Below, piece after piece: positions 63,088 to 64,000 of a DNA stretch of 64,000 nt. How positions within the stretch are numbered: the stretch's first letter is position 1; every line of letters starts with the position of its first letter. The notes beneath the pieces are model-generated. The model was not told the DNA's origin and ran no database searches. It saw only the letters and a list, made by a program, of their open reading frames with translations. This DNA is from Clostridia bacterium (GTDB lineage Bacteria; Bacillota; Clostridia; Oscillospirales; CAG-272): the NCBI GenBank assembly GCA_017461055.1, contig JAFTZI010000007.1:1236-65235 (forward strand). Direction: 5' to 3'. A program made the position numbers and the translations under genes.

Positions 63088-64000
63088 ATGGAAGATCAAA
63101 AGCAGCCAAAAAAGAAAAGATTTAATCTGTTTGATTGGTATTACAGACAGGGAAAGGTTTCTGACAAGGATGATATTAATGTTTTAAAGGAACCTACCGT
63201 TGTTAATTATTTCAAGCTATTATGGAAAAGATTTAGTAAGCTAATAAGTGCCAATTTAATTTTGGTATTTGGAAATTTCCCGCTTTTCTTTATTTTAATA
63301 GCAATGTCCGGAATATTAAGTGAGAGCTCAGTTTCCCCGCTATATCAAGCTTGGGGTCCGCTGTACGGTGCTGCCACCTTTGAGTCAACACCGACTATCA
63401 ATACTCTGCTTGGAGCTTTTGGCGCACATGCGGAAATCAGCGTAATTAACACTCCCACTATTGTTTTTTATGCACTGGGAGCTTTGATAATTTTTACTTG
63501 GGGATTTACTCGTGTTGGAACTACTTATATTTACCGTAATATGATGAACGGTGAGCCTGTATTCCCACTTTCCGATGCATTTTATGTAGTAAAAAGGAAT
63601 GTGAAGCAATCCTTAATTTTAGGCATTATTGACGCATTAATAATTATAATGTTTGCGTATAACATTTACTACTTGACCCTTAATTACAACATGGCTACTC
63701 TTAATAGCTTTATGTTATTTTTGACAATAGCTATGGCAATTCTTTATAGCTTTGCAAGACCGTATGCGTTTATAATGGTATTTACATTTGATTTGAAAAT
63801 TACAAAAATTCTTAAAAATGCCCTGTATTTTACTATACTCGGTGTAAAAAGAAACCTTGTTGCATTTGTAGGCATTTTGCTATTTGTAGCTATCAATTAC
63901 GGAATATTCTTAATATTTATGCCTCTTGGCGCTCTTTTGCCATTCGTTTTCACCATTGCAATATGCGATTTTGCCGCAGTTTATGCTGCCTACCCCAACA
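63088..64000 (+). CDS. YesL-like (DUF624) membrane protein; 3' end cut by the window edge
   Basis: Absent from the track because there is no stop in the window. The ATG at 63088 follows AAGGAGA. My own translation is MEDQKQPKKKRFNLFDWYYRQGK...LISANLILVFGNFPLFF..., with multiple TM segments and an open frame to position 64000. Confidence 0.7.
   Translation, partial: MEDQKQPKKKRFNLFDWYYRQGKVSDKDDINVLKEPTVVNYFKLLWKRFSKLISANLILVFGNFPLFFILIAMSGILSESSVSPLYQAWGPLYGAATFESTPTINTLLGAFGAHAEISVINTPTIVFYALGALIIFTWGFTRVGTTYIYRNMMNGEPVFPLSDAFYVVKRNVKQSLILGIIDALIIIMFAYNIYYLTLNYNMATLNSFMLFLTIAMAILYSFARPYAFIMVFTFDLKITKILKNALYFTILGVKRNLVAFVGILLFVAINYGIFLIFMPLGALLPFVFTIAICDFAAVYAAYPN

Noticed and set aside
63385-63609. 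A 74-aa minus-strand ORF at the right end.
   Set aside because: It is antisense to the clearly membrane-protein-like YesL/DUF624 frame that runs open from 63088 to the window edge. It has no SD.
1-64000. A search for CRISPR arrays, tRNA/rRNA genes, transposases, integrases, phage genes, toxin-antitoxin pairs or known defence-system signatures.
   Set aside because: I found no direct-repeat/spacer arrays, no cloverleaf-capable intergenic segments (all gaps but one are 175 bp or shorter and are explained by promoters and terminators), and no ORF with recombinase, nuclease or defence hallmarks. The window reads as conserved core chromosome.

Overview
This window is a low-GC Bacillota (probably Clostridia-class) core chromosome segment using the standard code (TGA, TAA and TAG all act as stops). 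I call 54 protein genes, 50 of them on the minus strand and packed into very long co-directional arrays with tiny or overlapping junctions. From left to right the content is as follows. First come galM (partial) and galE, then a small anomalous locus at about 2.1-4.1 kb. Next are pgi, cell-wall genes (a DD-carboxypeptidase and a class A PBP), and dnaE-whiA-murB. The conserved nusB-xseAB-ispA-tlyA-argR-recN block follows, then rpsU and a 14-gene dprA-topA-trmFO-plsX-rnc-smc-ftsY-rdgB-yhbY-nadD-yqeK-rsfS-leuS array. After that come infC-rpmI-rplT with an L20-type leader, an ABC-2 exporter plus domain-permuted GH3 operon, and gltX-glnS. The window ends with a complete glycogen operon (glgB-C-D-A-P plus a GH13 enzyme), a GNAT, proC and a partial YesL-like gene. 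Two real genes are missing from the ORF track: galM runs off the left edge, and rpsU is only 58 aa. Several track ORFs carry spurious 5' extensions, most clearly infC, which most likely starts at ATT. I found no tRNA, rRNA, CRISPR array, transposase, integrase, prophage or recognisable defence system, and I cannot honestly claim a clearly novel multi-gene system. The most unexplained part is 2146-4025. It holds a stand-alone mini P-loop NTPase, a 602-bp ORF-free gap with degenerate SD+ATG-like repeats, and a 20-cysteine protein of unknown family. All family calls rest on motifs I read in the translations and on remembered synteny; no database search was run.
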